Source of the DNA: Bacillus subtilis subsp. subtilis str. 168
GTDB taxonomy: Bacteria; Bacillota; Bacilli; Bacillales; Bacillaceae
Assembly (NCBI RefSeq): GCF_000009045.1
Contig: NC_000964.3
Span: 2,970,001 to 3,002,000, forward strand
DNA: 32,000 nt
Direction of reading: 5' to 3'
Position 1 is the first letter of the stretch; each line of letters opens with the position of its first letter. Shown here one piece after another: positions 30,985 through 32,000 of this stretch. A program made the position numbers and the translations under genes. A model generated the notes under the pieces. That model was not told the origin of the DNA and ran no database searches. It saw only the letters and a program-made list of their open reading frames with translations.

Positions 30985-31677
30985 CTATCCCAATATATTT
31001 TCTTCAGACTCTTCAACATAAGATGAAATAAATCGGTTCAATTTATCAGCAAGACCGCCCGCCCCAAATCTTATATACTTGCTGGAAACTTTCGGATTAT
31101 CTTCTTTCAAAAAGCTTAAAAAAGATAAAATATAAATGCGCCTGTAAGCTACTTGTGTAATTCCGTACTCAAAAAACCAGTTATCAATGACATTGTATAC
31201 GCCTCGGTTGACGCCATATAGGTTATTACATTTCTTGTAAAAGCAGAGATCCGGAAGATTTAACTCCTGATGGGAAAGAAGGCTTTCTTTTTTGTTTGGT
31301 GCCATAATCCCAATCAGCTCAAAGCGTTTTGCAACGCACGAAATATCCTTTTTAATTTGCTTTGTTAAAGACTCCAAAGAATCAAACCTTCTTTCTTCTC
31401 TAATTTTAAAGAGAATGCTGCATTCGATTTTTTCTCCATAAATGTCTCTATGAAAGTCAAACAAAAAAATCTCCAATGTCTTTTCAAGGTTAGAGCCCAC
31501 CGTCGGTTTCACACCGATATTCATAACCCCTAAATGAAATTGATGATTGACTGTCGCCAGAACCCCATAAACTCCATTACGCAGCCCATGTATTTTTGCA
31601 TCTACATTTGCCGTGGGGAATCCAAGCTTTCTGCCTAATTGTTTTCCTTTCACAACCGTACCGGCAATGATCGTCAA
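30985..31677 (-). CDS. ribR: RibR: flavokinase-like N-terminal domain with C-terminal regulatory extension
   Basis: 230 aa; G(T/R)VVKGKQLGRKLGFPTANV flavokinase motif, GVMNIGVKPTVG, E(I)FLFDF.RDIYGE; extra C-terminal segment absent in plain flavokinases. Confidence 0.93.
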   Translation of the reverse strand: MTIIAGTVVKGKQLGRKLGFPTANVDAKIHGLRNGVYGVLATVNHQFHLGVMNIGVKPTVGSNLEKTLEIFLFDFHRDIYGEKIECSILFKIREERRFDSLESLTKQIKKDISCVAKRFELIGIMAPNKKESLLSHQELNLPDLCFYKKCNNLYGVNRGVYNVIDNWFFEYGITQVAYRRIYILSFLSFLKEDNPKVSSKYIRFGAGGLADKLNRFISSYVEESEENILG

Positions 31678-31723
31678 AAAAGTCAGCCTCCTCTCTCAGC
31701 TTCCGCATTCGATCAGACGAAAC

Positions 31724-32000
31724 CTAATGATGTGATGAATGTAAAACGGATTGATGCTGCGGAATGCCAAGACCGAGATTTTCCCGCAATGTCCCGCCGC
31801 GATAATCTTGACGATAAAGCCCTCTTTCTTGAAGAATCGGAATCACCTTTTCTACAAAAGCATCAAGTGTTCCCGGTATATCCGACCCAACGATAAACCC
31901 ATCCGCCGCCTCAGCGTTGAACCAAGTTTCAATTAAGGATGCGACACGCTCTGGTGTTCCGATGAATAGAGTCCGTGGAAAAGCCATTTCCTGTGCTACC
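31724..32000 (-). CDS. cmoJ: C-terminal part of FMN-dependent LLM-class monooxygenase CmoJ (YtnJ), truncated by the window edge
   Basis: Open frame from window end to TAG at 31724; FIGTPERVASLIETWFNAEAADGFIV...LQERGLYRQDYRGGTLRENLGL typical of the NtaA/SnaA/DszA C-terminus; reading frame stays open (VAQEMAFPRT) past the track's Met. Confidence 0.88.
   Translation of the reverse strand, partial: VAQEMAFPRTLFIGTPERVASLIETWFNAEAADGFIVGSDIPGTLDAFVEKVIPILQERGLYRQDYRGGTLRENLGLGIPQHQSVLHSSHH

Overview
This 32 kb window looks like a core chromosomal segment of a Bacillus subtilis-group genome, recognised from protein sequences and gene order. Most genes are on the minus strand. Reading + coordinates: ytbE(+), coaE-ytaF-mutM-polA(-), phoR/phoP(-), mdh-icd-citZ(-), ytwI(-), ytvI(+), fxsA(-), pyk-pfkA(-), accA/accD(-), ytsJ(-), dnaE(-), ytrH-ytrI-ytzJ(+), nrnA(-), ytpI(+), ytoI(-), then the distal end of the ytm/ytn sulfur operon: ytnM, sndA (ytnL/hipO), ribR and the 3' part of cmoJ (ytnJ). 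I found no CRISPR array, mobile element, tRNA/rRNA gene or phage island, and nothing that supports a new multi-gene system. The points worth a second look are small: (i) start-codon corrections to the supplied ORF track, several to GTG/TTG; (ii) an unusually long imperfect hairpin downstream of ytsJ; (iii) structured phoR-polA, ytwI-ytvI and citZ-icd intergenic regions; (iv) hairpins spanning the gap between convergent stop codons at four junctions; (v) catabolite-responsive element candidates upstream of phoP and in the citZ leader; (vi) the uncharacterised multidomain protein YtoI; (vii) the RibR/2-succinocysteine gene block. All coordinates were read by eye from the sequence and no database search was run.
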